Positions 21,683-32,934 of a DNA stretch of 64,000 nt are shown piece after piece (positions within the stretch are counted from its first letter, which is position 1; the number at the start of each line of letters is the position of its first letter). The stretch spans positions 1,674,001 to 1,738,000 of the forward strand of contig OZ374561.1 in NCBI GenBank assembly GCA_977862235.1. Direction: 5' to 3'. Under the pieces are notes generated by a model. It searched no databases and was not told the origin of the DNA. It saw only the letters and a list, made by a program, of their open reading frames with translations. This DNA is from Dudresnaya verticillata (Eukaryota). The position numbers and the translations under genes are program-made.

Positions 21683-22275
21683 GGCGGATTTGTTTCGCCT
21701 CCTTCGCCTGGGTCCGGCCGTGTGTCGAGTGTTTGCTCTACTTGAGAGGATGGCTGTAGTGCGTATCGCTTGATCCCTGCTGTGCTTGTGCAGGAAGGAG
21801 ACGACGTCCGTGACCGGAGGGGAAGGATCGCGATCTGTGACAGGAAAATGTGGAATCTGGATGTGACGTGGCCAGCAGAGATTACGTGGCAAACTGGGCT
21901 CGAGGAAAGTGCGGAAATTCGAACAAATTGGCCGGTTTTTGGGTACAGCAAGCAACGATCCGTGGCCCCCCGGATCGATGCAACTGCAACGGCAAGGGCC
22001 CTGATTGGCACCGTGTGTAACAAGCAGCGAAGGCCTTCCTGTTCCGCACCGGCTCGCAGCTTCATTGCCAGAACCTGTCATCGGCGGTGGCCGCAAGTGC
22101 AGCTGCAGAACGGCGCGGCTGCGTTGCTGACCATTTGAGAAGCGCTGTCGTAGCCTTATTCGTCTGTTTGTCAGCACACCCAACGAGCCGCCCGCGAGCA
22201 TTGCGCCGGCTCTTATAGCACCCTTCGAGCGTCGCGATCACCGCCGCCAGAGACGGGCAAACGCCCGCGTCCCCG

Positions 22276-23847
22276 ATGGCGGACGCGTCCCGCAACACCG
22301 TTGTTGAGGAGCCCCCGTCCTCCCCGTCCACGGACCGCCCCGCCGATGCCCCCAGCATCTGGGATCTCCCGCCGATCCCGCACCACGAGCGCCCGGCGAA
22401 CGGGCCCAAGTCTGCAGCTGCCTTCGTCGTCGAGGAGGAGCCCAACGACGCCGTGCTGACAAGCTCATCCGCTGTGCTGACAAGCTCATCCGCCGTGGTG
22501 CTTGCAACCCGGCCTGTTGCGCAGCTGCCGTCGCGCGTACGATCGGCGCCCTCGGAGAATTCAGGCTCTATTTCTATCGCCATGGACGGTCCAAACCCAA
22601 GCCCTCATTTTGTGTCCTTAGAGAATGTCGCCCGCCTGTATCTTGAAATGAAGAACGAACGTGACTTCCTGGTTCGGGAAAGCGCTTCTATATTTAATTC
22701 TCGCGTTGCTGTTGTGACCCAATTGAGGCAACTAGAAGTGCAACTGAATGAAATGTTGCAACAGAAGGGCAGGTTGGAGGAGAATTTGGATACCCTCGGT
22801 TTGCGCGACGAAGAGAATCGCGAGAAGATCGCAGCGCTGGACGAGAAGGTTGCTAATATTTCCTCAGAGTCACAACGATTTGAAGCTACCGTCCGTGGAC
22901 TCAAGGGCGATTTGCATTCAGTGCAACCGCGCGGGGCTGCTCAATCTCGTCCTCGTCCTAGACCTAGTGCCGCGTGCCAGCGAACGCTATATGGCCATAC
23001 TGGCAACGTCTTAGGAGTTGACGTCTGTGCGAATACGGGTGTTCTTATAACCGCGAGCTCAGATCGATCGTTGCGAACGTGGGACTTGACTACGGGACGA
23101 CGTCTCGATACGTTGTATGGTCATGAAGGTTGGGTTCACTCAGTGGCTTTTGCGCAATCTGGGGAGATTGCAGTATCAGGATCGGGCGACAAGACGGTTA
23201 AGGTGTGGGACTTGAACGATGCGCGAGGTCGAGGTACCTGCCGTGCGACGTTGCGAGGACATGAGGCGGGCGTGACGTGTGTGCAACTGGACGACGAAGA
23301 TATTTTGGTATCCGGGTCTCTGGACAAGACGCTGAGGAGGATTGACTTGAACACAGGTACAGAAGACTGCTCTGTCATCCAGGCACACGAGAGCGGGGTG
23401 TACTGCTTGCAGTTTGTTCGACACGGTCTTGCGTCCGGAGGAGGGGATAGCCTTATTAGAATGCATGATATTAGAACGGGACGGTGTCACCGAACATTGC
23501 AGGGTCATTCGGGTGGTGCGGTGCGAGCTTTGCAGTTTGATGATAATCATCTGGTGTCGGGTGGGACTGATCATGACCTGCGATTTTGGGATCTCCGTAC
23601 GGCTAGCTGTACCGACGTGGTGGATGTGGGCTGTCGAGTTAATGCGCTCAAGTTCGATGAAGAACGCGTTTATGTTGGTTGTGCGGATAGGACCCTCAAG
23701 GTGTACGACATGCACACCAGAAAGCTGATTGCTGAGCATGGTGGCCACCTAGGTCCGGTAATGAGTCTGGCCGGAAATGGGGACCAGTTCTATACTGGTT
23801 CTACTGATCAAACAACTAAAGTCTGGTCGCTTAAAGCAGGTGACTAG
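22276..23847 (+). CDS. Coiled-coil + WD40 repeat protein, Mdv1/Caf4/Mda1-like mitochondrial division adaptor candidate
   Basis: Disordered N-terminus, a long heptad coiled coil, then about 7 GH...WD repeats. Confidence 0.8.
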   Translation: MADASRNTVVEEPPSSPSTDRPADAPSIWDLPPIPHHERPANGPKSAAAFVVEEEPNDAVLTSSSAVLTSSSAVVLATRPVAQLPSRVRSAPSENSGSISIAMDGPNPSPHFVSLENVARLYLEMKNERDFLVRESASIFNSRVAVVTQLRQLEVQLNEMLQQKGRLEENLDTLGLRDEENREKIAALDEKVANISSESQRFEATVRGLKGDLHSVQPRGAAQSRPRPRPSAACQRTLYGHTGNVLGVDVCANTGVLITASSDRSLRTWDLTTGRRLDTLYGHEGWVHSVAFAQSGEIAVSGSGDKTVKVWDLNDARGRGTCRATLRGHEAGVTCVQLDDEDILVSGSLDKTLRRIDLNTGTEDCSVIQAHESGVYCLQFVRHGLASGGGDSLIRMHDIRTGRCHRTLQGHSGGAVRALQFDDNHLVSGGTDHDLRFWDLRTASCTDVVDVGCRVNALKFDEERVYVGCADRTLKVYDMHTRKLIAEHGGHLGPVMSLAGNGDQFYTGSTDQTTKVWSLKAGD

Positions 23848-24020
23848 CGTGCAACTAGCATTATCTCCCATCCAAGAGTTGGTATCTGCAAAACGAATTC
23901 CTACAGTTTATGACTGTCACCCTGTGCTTAAGTTGCCCGGGCGACCTACGTTAACGTGCACGTTCTGGCTGACTTCTACTATGCTAAACACTCTTGTTAT
24001 ACATGTTAGACTCAAAAGGG

Positions 24021-27000
24021 TCATCTCCGTGTGGATGCTAAATCAATCAAGTTATCTACCAGTGAACGAATCTCAGGGTTGATACTGCTCGGCATTGTCT
24101 CACCGTTTCGAGATACTTCCCGAGCCTGATAGCGTGGGGGTCGCAACACTTGCACTGGTGATGTGCTCGAAGACCCGACAGGAGCGAGAGGAATGTGACC
24201 AAGACTGTGACCTTTGCCATCTCCGAGACCTCTCGGCAGTTCAGCGCCATTCGGAAAAGAACTGAACGAACCAGACGCTGTTGCTTCGGCGGCATTATCG
24301 AAATTACGACCATTGCCAGCGGCAAAGCCAACATCGTCGTTTGAATCGCCAGTCGATGGTTTGACGACTGATATCTGTACTGGAGTCAACCCCTCTCCCG
24401 AACTGCGAGTTGATTTCGAATCCGCAGACTTTTTTCTTTGCAATCCTTCCATAGCAATGCGATGCGATTCTTCCAGCTTTTGCTTCTGAGCGTCATAAGC
24501 TTGTTGCAACAACCGTTCCTCATTGTCCAAACAATTCGACTCAGTAAAATCTTCAGACTTGTCGAAGGGGGTTGGCGGTAGTGAGATTGCGGTAGCCTTC
24601 TCTACTGGAAGAGCTAATACCTCGGATGACGGATACTTGGCTGCAAAGTCATCAGCTGATAAGTTGATAGTCGGTATGGCACCCAAGGAGACACTCGAAG
24701 CAATACCATGTTTGAGCTGATCTAAATGAGCGCTGTTTTGCTCGTGTAGGGGCAGTGAGGAACGATCATGGCCGTTCACCACTATTGAGGCTTGCTCGAA
24801 GGACACTATAGAAGGCTGTCGAGAGTTCCGGCTTCTCTCCCATTGCAATAACTCGTCAGCAATGGAAGAAAAACCACATTTCTTTGCTTCATCCGGTGGC
24901 GTAGATCCCCATCGATCCTTAATGTCAACAACAGCTCCTGATTCCAGAAGCAATCTCACAACTTCAGCTCTACCCTCTACGCAAGCTAGATGAAGCGCTG
25001 TACGGCGATCGTAATCCGCGAAGTTTGGGTTCGCTCCTTGTTCTAGGGCTTTCCGAACAGCATCCACACGACCACGAGCTGCATGCTCAATGAGGTCCAT
25101 GCCCTTCTGGTTCTCCAATTCGGGCTGGGCTTCGAATAGATGGCGAGGAATATTCGCCCCGTATTGCCGAAGAACCCTTAGAATGCTGCGATGGCCATTC
25201 TTGACTGCGTCGTCCACAGGAGACCTGCTCTTTCTGTCAATAGCTTCTGGAGACGCACCATTGACTAAGAGTAACTCTGCGACTTCCGGGTGCCCTTCCG
25301 TGCACGCAAGATGCAACGGGGTTCGCCTGTCATAGTCAGCGTATGTTACATCTGCACCAGCGACGATTTTCGATCTGACCGCTTCTAAATCACCATGAGC
25401 TGCCACTTGCATCAGCTCCATATTAACATTATCACCACTGCTTCTCCTTTCATCCATCGCTCCGTGAGACTTTAGCAGACTTTGCACGTCTTCATGTCCA
25501 TTTTCGGCAGCGTCTGCTAATGGAGTATTCGCCCATCTGTCTTTCCGATCAACTCTAGCCCCGTGTTCAATAAGAAGGGCACAAATCCGCAAATGACCTT
25601 CGGCAGCGGCGAGATGCAATGGCGTACGTTGGTCATAGTCCGCAAAGTTGGCGTTCGCACCCTCGTCCAGCTTCCGGACCACATCATCATATCTGCCCCT
25701 TGCACAATGATCCATAAGAGTTAAACACATTGTGTAATACTTTTGATCATGTTCCTCTCCAATGACCTTTCCTGTTGGTACACGAGGCACCATATTATTC
25801 CCACTGTCGTCAGATTGTGTGCTCTTCCAAGAGCTTATTCTGTTTGAAGGAAGCTTTGGTGCAGGGCTACGTTGGGGAGAGTTCGAGGCACTGCCCCTGA
25901 TCTCAGCTGATTGCGAACTGCCGTATGAAAGGCTAGACTCCCCGTGCGACCCAATTGCCCGACCAGAGGGTATTTGCGCCGAGCCGATGTTCGTCGGTGC
26001 CGTGTAGCGGGAGCTTGCAAAGCCCTCAGAAGATGGGAAGCTCGGTAGCGATTGAGCAGCAAGATCACCAACGCTTCGCCGAGAAGTCTCACGACTAATG
26101 CTTTGTGAGGGCGCACCAACGACCACAATGGCAGGAACAGACCCTGATGACGACCGAGCTCCGGAACTACCCCTTGCGACTTTTCCAGGTGTAGCGTCCG
26201 GACCAGGTTGGTTTCGGAAACCTTGAGAATCTACAGGCTGCGCAAGTGGTTGCTGCCGGTGAGCACTGTCGTCTTCCCGTCCTTGCACCGGGCCGGGTTT
26301 TTCTCGAGGAGACACGACGTGGTGTTCGTCTGAAAGTTCTAGACCCGCACCGGGTATTATTGGTGTAGAGGGTGGTCTTGGGGGGATATCTATAACAGTA
26401 ACACTTGATGTTGGCGGCAACTGACCATCCGACGCCGAATGCGGGAACGCTCGAAAGTCTACCGGATCATGCTCCTCGCGTTCAAACAAAGTGTCTTGGC
26501 TTCTTGTCTGCGTGGCCGCGACCTTGTATGACGCATGCCTTGAATCCATGTCACGCGTGGAAGAATGTCCCAAGTCCGGCTTCATCGCTTCTTGAACCGA
26601 TGATTTGGCGTCAGGTGGCACCTGGTGTGGATTCGTCTCACATACCTCGCCGCCAACGTCCGCTCGAGTGTCCCTGTACTGTGAGTCTTGTCGACCTACA
26701 TTATGAATCTCGTTGCCAGTAACGAGAGAGGGCTTTATGGCAACGTTAATACCAGGTGCGATCCCGCCAGAGTGTCTCAGATGTGACATAGAAAGTGCAG
26801 CATTGATCACCTGGTCATTTTGCGGAGATAAGACTCCAGACGGAGTATCAACTGGTGTGACAGAATGGGTATGCGAACTTGCAAAAGAAGATGTGTGTGG
26901 AAGCCCTGTTTGACCAGTTGGGAGATCCGCTGGAGACAGCGGCTGATGCTGGGTGTGCAAAAGGGCAGGCTTAACATCCAAATGCGTTTGAACACCGGTA

Positions 27001-29066
27001 AACGAACCCGATCCTGGTCTTGGTTGGGTCTGATGTATTCCGTTCGGTAAGGGTGCGGGGTTCTGAGCAGGCTGAGGCAGAGCTGCATGGACCGGAATCG
27101 ATTGTGAAGTATGCGCCTGTGAAGGAGCTTGTGTCTGAACAGCGGTTTGTGAGGTGTGGCTGCTGAGGGCAGCGCTCTGCGCCATGTCAGGAATTATGCC
27201 TGGCATAGCAGCTGCCAGTTCGGTGTGAGTCATAGGGCCCGGTTCATTGCGGACCGACCCTGTAGACTGTGGATGCATCGGAAGAGGTGTACTGTGAGCT
27301 TGGGATGGAGGAGCAGGGTGCGGCGGAGGTGCAGGAGTCCCACGAGCAGGAACAGCAGGTATTGTCTGTCCAGCAGCGGTATCAGTATGGGCGGAGGCTA
27401 GAGGACCAGAGTGTACCGGAAGCGGGGCACCATGACTTGCTACCCCATCTGTCGGGTGTGGCGCAACAGGGATACTTGGTTGGGCATGAGCAGAGGTAGT
27501 GGTAGCCATAGAAGGCAAATGTTCAACTGGCACTGATGGTGCAGTGGTCGCATGGCTCGCCGTGTTTTCGGGTACAGCTTGCGAGGACTGGGAGGCTTGC
27601 GAAACATGAGCTTCCTCGACCTGCTCCAAAGTGTACGGAGTTTGTTGACCAGCAGTCTGATTAGGTGATGAAGAAGGCGGCGAGAGAGCCGGGCTAGGGG
27701 CATGGCTTGCGGTCTGATCCGCATGAGATCTGGACTCAGCTTCATTCTGCCGACTGGGTGCTTGCGGGGTAGCGTTCCTGGAAGCCTCCGCTCGTTGGAG
27801 CTTTGCCAAACGGACCCGCTTGTCAATTTCTTCTCGAATGACATGCAGTTGCTCAGCCCCAAGTTGAAACTCCGCCACCATATCTTGGGCAATGTGTGTA
27901 GAATTGTCTTCAAATGGATCAAAGGTAAACTCCACCCTCTTGATTGCATCGCGTATAGGGATCTCTAATCCAATGTAGAAGCCTCCGTTCTCTTTGGAAG
28001 CAACAACCGAAAACTGCTGTTGTTCGTCGCCATCCCCATTGTCTCCCTCGATCATGGTCACCAAGACGCTGCGCTGCAATGGATCTGACCAGTCGATGAC
28101 TTCAGTTCCAATCGGCATACCATTCGACGAAGGGGTTGCCTCAAGCGCGACTGTGGCCGTATCATGAACGCCTTTGACAAGCGATAGGTTGCTGGCCACG
28201 CCCTCATCCTTCTCCCAGTCTCTAAAAAGCGGGTGTTGCAATAGTTCCACAGCCGACGGCCTTCTAGCCTCTCGCTGCAAGCATGCACAAATAACTTCCT
28301 TCACGTCCCCATCAACCAACATTCCAAAAGAACGGGGTTTCTCCCCGTTGAAGACCTTTTTGAAGATCTGAGCCATATTGTTGCATTCAGAGTATGGATA
28401 CTCCATGGACACAATTTCCAGCAGGCACATGCCGAAGGCATAGATATCCACCTTTTCGGTGTAGGATTCTTCATACAGCTCCGGGGCCATAAACTCTGGA
28501 GTGCCAATGACAGAATCGGCTTTCTCACGCTCCTTCACACCGGACAGGCCCAGGTCGCCGATCTTGACTTCGCCGACATGGCCGTTGATGAAGATGTTGT
28601 CGCACTTTAAGTCTCGGTGCATGATGGGTGGCGACTGGCTATGCAAGTAGGCGATAGCGTCGAGAATGTTAGCGCACCAACGACGAATGACTTTGAGCTT
28701 GATGGCTTTGGCCTTGCGTAGATACGCTTTCAAGGTTCCTGACATCATCTGTTCGGTGATGAAGTTAATTGTCTGGCTGTTGTTGCCATCAACGCCACGC
28801 CATGTATCATAGAAGTGGATAATGTTCTTGTGCTCGACCTGGCGGAGCAGGGAGACTTCGTTGGAGACCTTCTCAAGGTCATGTTCGGAAAGACGATCAA
28901 CGTGGAGCTTGTTCCAGGCTACCTCGAGGGCCTCTTCGGTATCGAAGGCTTTGTAGACAGTTTTGTAGGCGCCCTTGCCCAGCACGGAGTTGTAGCGAAT
29001 GTAGCGGCCATTGGGACTTGTCTCAACGTGCTGCTCTGCACTGGTGTCGGAGGAAGCGCCTGTCAT
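24021..29066 (-). CDS. WNK: WNK-family kinase with CCT-like domain and nine C-terminal ankyrin repeats
   Basis: GKGAYKTVYKAFD..EVAWN (Lys in subdomain I), HRDLKCDNIF, IGDLGL, GTPEFMAPE, YPYSEC. KRVEFTFDP CCT-like segment. Three DYDxRT[PA]LH ankyrin triplets. First ATG at 29066. Confidence 0.93.
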   Translation of the reverse strand: MTGASSDTSAEQHVETSPNGRYIRYNSVLGKGAYKTVYKAFDTEEALEVAWNKLHVDRLSEHDLEKVSNEVSLLRQVEHKNIIHFYDTWRGVDGNNSQTINFITEQMMSGTLKAYLRKAKAIKLKVIRRWCANILDAIAYLHSQSPPIMHRDLKCDNIFINGHVGEVKIGDLGLSGVKEREKADSVIGTPEFMAPELYEESYTEKVDIYAFGMCLLEIVSMEYPYSECNNMAQIFKKVFNGEKPRSFGMLVDGDVKEVICACLQREARRPSAVELLQHPLFRDWEKDEGVASNLSLVKGVHDTATVALEATPSSNGMPIGTEVIDWSDPLQRSVLVTMIEGDNGDGDEQQQFSVVASKENGGFYIGLEIPIRDAIKRVEFTFDPFEDNSTHIAQDMVAEFQLGAEQLHVIREEIDKRVRLAKLQRAEASRNATPQAPSRQNEAESRSHADQTASHAPSPALSPPSSSPNQTAGQQTPYTLEQVEEAHVSQASQSSQAVPENTASHATTAPSVPVEHLPSMATTTSAHAQPSIPVAPHPTDGVASHGAPLPVHSGPLASAHTDTAAGQTIPAVPARGTPAPPPHPAPPSQAHSTPLPMHPQSTGSVRNEPGPMTHTELAAAMPGIIPDMAQSAALSSHTSQTAVQTQAPSQAHTSQSIPVHAALPQPAQNPAPLPNGIHQTQPRPGSGSFTGVQTHLDVKPALLHTQHQPLSPADLPTGQTGLPHTSSFASSHTHSVTPVDTPSGVLSPQNDQVINAALSMSHLRHSGGIAPGINVAIKPSLVTGNEIHNVGRQDSQYRDTRADVGGEVCETNPHQVPPDAKSSVQEAMKPDLGHSSTRDMDSRHASYKVAATQTRSQDTLFEREEHDPVDFRAFPHSASDGQLPPTSSVTVIDIPPRPPSTPIIPGAGLELSDEHHVVSPREKPGPVQGREDDSAHRQQPLAQPVDSQGFRNQPGPDATPGKVARGSSGARSSSGSVPAIVVVGAPSQSISRETSRRSVGDLAAQSLPSFPSSEGFASSRYTAPTNIGSAQIPSGRAIGSHGESSLSYGSSQSAEIRGSASNSPQRSPAPKLPSNRISSWKSTQSDDSGNNMVPRVPTGKVIGEEHDQKYYTMCLTLMDHCARGRYDDVVRKLDEGANANFADYDQRTPLHLAAAEGHLRICALLIEHGARVDRKDRWANTPLADAAENGHEDVQSLLKSHGAMDERRSSGDNVNMELMQVAAHGDLEAVRSKIVAGADVTYADYDRRTPLHLACTEGHPEVAELLLVNGASPEAIDRKSRSPVDDAVKNGHRSILRVLRQYGANIPRHLFEAQPELENQKGMDLIEHAARGRVDAVRKALEQGANPNFADYDRRTALHLACVEGRAEVVRLLLESGAVVDIKDRWGSTPPDEAKKCGFSSIADELLQWERSRNSRQPSIVSFEQASIVVNGHDRSSLPLHEQNSAHLDQLKHGIASSVSLGAIPTINLSADDFAAKYPSSEVLALPVEKATAISLPPTPFDKSEDFTESNCLDNEERLLQQAYDAQKQKLEESHRIAMEGLQRKKSADSKSTRSSGEGLTPVQISVVKPSTGDSNDDVGFAAGNGRNFDNAAEATASGSFSSFPNGAELPRGLGDGKGHSLGHIPLAPVGSSSTSPVQVLRPPRYQAREVSRNGETMPSSINPEIRSLVDNLIDLASTRR

Positions 29067-29478
29067 CGAGTATGTAGTGAGAGGAAGACTTGAATGTATC
29101 ACGCTGTCTCTCTCTGAGCACAACGCAGATAACTAACGGCAACCATACAGTGGCTGGTGAGGAAAAGGCAGCACCCTCTGACACGCGGGGTGACGGATCG
29201 GGAGCGAAATCGGCTATGCACGACAGCGGGGACGGCGGAGGCGCGACGGGGTCCGATGCACACGGCGGGGGCGCGCGGATTGTGCTTGTGCCGGGCGTGC
29301 GAAGCGCAAGCGCAAGCGCTCGAGAGCGTGTGAGTGTTGGCGGAACGAAAGCGAAAGGCGAGGGGTTCGAAACGACGATTAGACGAGAGGCGCTAGTTGC
29401 GCGAAGCGAAACGGCGAGGGCAAACCCGGGGGAATATGGGGCGCTCGGCGCAACGGAGCGACAGTCGACACTTTCTCA

Positions 29479-29483
29479 GCGCG

Positions 29484-29531
<48 letters not shown>
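29479..29531. repeat. (GC)7(AC)n alternating purine-pyrimidine tract upstream of WNK
   Basis: About 53 bp of uninterrupted alternation. (GGC)n follows at about 29598-29623. Confidence 0.9.
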
Positions 29532-29534
<3 letters not shown>

Positions 29535-32228
29535 CAAACAGCACGGCACGGGCGGTATGGGCCAAAGCCACGGCGTGCGTGACGTGCGACAACAACGGCG
29601 GCGGCGGCGGCGGCGGCGGCGGCGCGGTGTCGGCGGCGGCAGAGCCGGCAGCGGGCGGGCGAGCGGGCTCCACCCGGCCGGGGCGGTGACTTTGGAGAAA
29701 AGCGACGCGGGATATGTGTGCGAAATGTGCGCAGGAGAGTTGGATACACGATGGTCGATGCGAGACCACAGCGGCGCGGGTGTGCGAAGGCGCGAGATGC
29801 GCGTCGGCGGGCGTGGAGGGCGCGGACGGCACGGAGCGTTGGGGAGGGGCACGAGTGGCGGGGTGGTGGTGGTCGGGGCGGGGCGGGGCGGGCCTTGCGC
29901 GGCGCGGCAGCGGAAGGGGGAGTGCGCGTAGGGGAAAAGGACGAGCGGGCGGGCGGGCGGGCGGCGGCGGCGACGGCAGTCGGCGCGGAGGGGGTGGAAG
30001 GTGGGTGGGCACGGGCGACGGGGTGGGGCGGGCGGCGGGGTGGGGCGGGCGGCGGGGAAGGTATGACGCGCGGGAGCGGGGCGGGCGCGGTGGACGGGGT
30101 GTGCTGGGGGTGGGGGGGAGTTCGAGGGGGGGGGGTCGCGCGCGGGAGCGGGTGGTGAGTGGGCGGGGCGCGCAGCGGAAGGGGCGGATAGCGGGTGCGG
30201 TCCGGCGGCGCGCGGTGGACCGCGCAGCGCAGCGCAGAAGCGCGGCGCGGCAGCCCACCAACGACGCTGCGGCTGCTCCGCACTGCGGCTGCTGCGATTC
30301 GCGCAGATCCAAGTGGCGCGTGGCGCCCCCGCGCGCGCCATGCGCGGCTGTAAGCGCGGCGCGGCTTTACACTGCGCGGGAGAAGACTCGCGCGCGCGCG
30401 ATCCCGACCGCGACCGGTGGTGCGTCTGTGGCCCGGCGCGGGCGCCGCGGCCCGCGTTGGGGCGGCTGCGAGGAGCGGGGCGCGCGGATGCCCCGCGCGG
30501 AGGGGCTGGTTTGGCCCGAGCGGGCTACCTCGCCGGTTGGGCGATGGCTTGGCTCCGTATCGCGACCTGGGCGCCGCTGCTTGCACGTGCGTTTGCAACC
30601 AAACTACATGCACGGCACTGTGATGATGCTGTCCTCACACACCACCGCAGCCACCACCGCCACAACTGCTACCACTGCCACTGCCACCACCACCGCAATT
30701 GCAGTCGCAAGACGACCCGCGGCGCCCTTCGCCAACCCTCACAACGTAACTCCATCCGTCCAGATATTCCCCTCTGCGCGCCCTTTTTAAACTTGTTGCT
30801 CAGGTTGACATATTCTGCAGCTGCGCTTTCGCAACCATTGACACAACCCCCACCTCAGCATCCTGATAATTCTACGAAATCGCATCGCAAGCTCTTTTCC
30901 CAGTTCCCGCCACCTCCAGATACTGTTGGCACATCTGCAACCACAGCCGGGGACGCGCCACACCTCGATAAACCATTATACCACGCGGTAGATCCAGACC
31001 ACAAGACGTAGCAGCCCCAGAGAGCCTCTTCCCGGTGTATGGTACCGCTACAGTACCACACCCCTGCTGGTACCTGCAAAACCCACGTCACTACAAACCG
31101 CTCACTTCGAGACATATCGTCAGCGTGGGTCCAGCTCTGACTGTCAGAAGCAAAGCGCCCGTCCCAAACACCTGCATCGCTCCCGACCAGCAGCAGCGAC
31201 ATCAGCCGATAAGACATTCACCAGTCAGGAGCGGCCCGCAGCCCCGCGTGTCGTAGTTAACCCGCGCGGCGTCTCACACCACGCTCACTGTCACTCATGA
31301 CGCGTCTCTTCGCGCCCCAGCTGCAGCCCCTCACGTCATGCTTGGCGCGCCTCTCAAGCGACAAGCCTGCGCCAGACCCTGTTCCACCCCTCTCGGGCGG
31401 CTCTGCTGCTGCCGCCTGCACCTGCCGCTCGGGGCGCGCGCTCCGCACCGCAGCGGCCAGGACTCGCAGGCGCGGCTGTACCAACAATCTATCTTTAGGC
31501 GCGACGTGAAGAGAGCGGCGACCGCTGTGCATGCTTTGTCTGCGGAGGTGGTGGGCGGTGATGTGATGGGGCTGGCTGCAAATTGCATCGGGGCGGACCT
31601 TGCGTGGGGCCCCCCCCCACGCTGATCGTGCCCGATCGGGCCGCCGCTGGCAGTGCCTTACAGTGAAGTGGACTCGGGAATGGCTGGACCGGACCGCTGC
31701 CTGCAGTGGCACACGCCGCGTGCGTGAGCCGCCCGGGTGTGGACGCCCAATCAGCACGACACATGTTGCGATCCCCGATGGGCACTTGGCGTATCTTGCG
31801 CCCGCTGTCATTGGATCAAAGGCCTTCTGGAGCATTTCTATTGGCTGCCGAGAACAACCCCAGATGCCCTGCTTTCGGAACTGTCAGGAGCCACATACTG
31901 TCAGTCGTGCGCTACGCGCCAAGCGCTCAGTCAACATCGCCCCTTTCCCGGAACACCGCTTCGCTTGTTGTGTTCCCGCTGCTGCCTGCCTCCACAACAC
32001 CGTCATCCGTCCTGATACTCCCTTTCACTCCGCCCCGTTCCGCTGCTCCTGGCCTGATCCACCTCGTTTCTGCACAAAGGACTCACCACCTGCGTCGGCG
32101 TTTCAAGCGGTAATCGCCGCCTAGCGGAGGAGCCGCCCGACCTTGGGAGGCCACCGCACTCTGGACGAAAGCGCTCGGCGCGCGGTGATTCGAATAGTGC
32201 GCCCCGCTCGACCCTCCCGCTCACCGAG

Positions 32229-32885
32229 ATGAATATCTTCCGCCTTGGTGGCGACATGCTGCATGTCGTTTCAATTTTCCTGCTCTTGCTCAAGATCCAG
32301 ACGTCGCACTCATGTGCGGGCATTTCGCTCAAGACTCAGATCCTGTATATGGTCGTGTTCAGCACGCGCTACTTGGATCTGTTCTTCACCAAGCCATGGC
32401 ACTCTGCACTGACTTTTTATAACACCATTATGAAGATCTTGTTCCTGTCGTCGTCTGCATACACCATCTACCTCATTGTCAAGCGTTACAAGCACACGTA
32501 TGATCGCGTCCACGACACATTCCGCATCCAGTTTCTCATCGCTGGTGCCGCCGTCCTCGCCCTCATCTTCCATCTTCGCCTCACTGCATTTGAGATCCTC
32601 TGGGCCTTCTCTGTATTTTTGGAGGCCGTTGCCATTCTCCCGCAACTCTTCCTGCTGCAGAAGACGGGCGAAGTCGAGAACATCACCTCGCACTACATTT
32701 TCTGCCTGGGCGGCTACCGAACGCTCTACATCCTCAACTGGGTATGGAGATACTTTACGGAGCACCGCAGGAATCAGTGGTTGGCGTGGGGTTGTGGTAC
32801 CGTACAGACCTTGGTCTATGCCGACTTCTTCTACTACTACTTTTTGAGTCGAAAGCAGGGAAAGAAGCTGCGACTGCCACCATAA
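32229..32885 (+). CDS. ERD2: ER lumen protein-retaining (KDEL/HDEL) receptor
   Basis: MNIFRLGGDMLH, SCAGISLKTQ, RYLDLF, EAVAILPQL, YADFFYYY, KKLRLP. Confidence 0.97.
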   Translation: MNIFRLGGDMLHVVSIFLLLLKIQTSHSCAGISLKTQILYMVVFSTRYLDLFFTKPWHSALTFYNTIMKILFLSSSAYTIYLIVKRYKHTYDRVHDTFRIQFLIAGAAVLALIFHLRLTAFEILWAFSVFLEAVAILPQLFLLQKTGEVENITSHYIFCLGGYRTLYILNWVWRYFTEHRRNQWLAWGCGTVQTLVYADFFYYYFLSRKQGKKLRLPP

Positions 32886-32934
32886 GCTGCATGCGCCCCT
32901 TATCTATTAAAACAAATAAATACTCGTCATAGCA

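Noticed and set aside
29379..31011. 320-406 aa ORFs on both strands upstream of WNK
   Set aside because: They translate microsatellites and G/C runs. The possible intron at about 30746-30820 gives an immediate stop.
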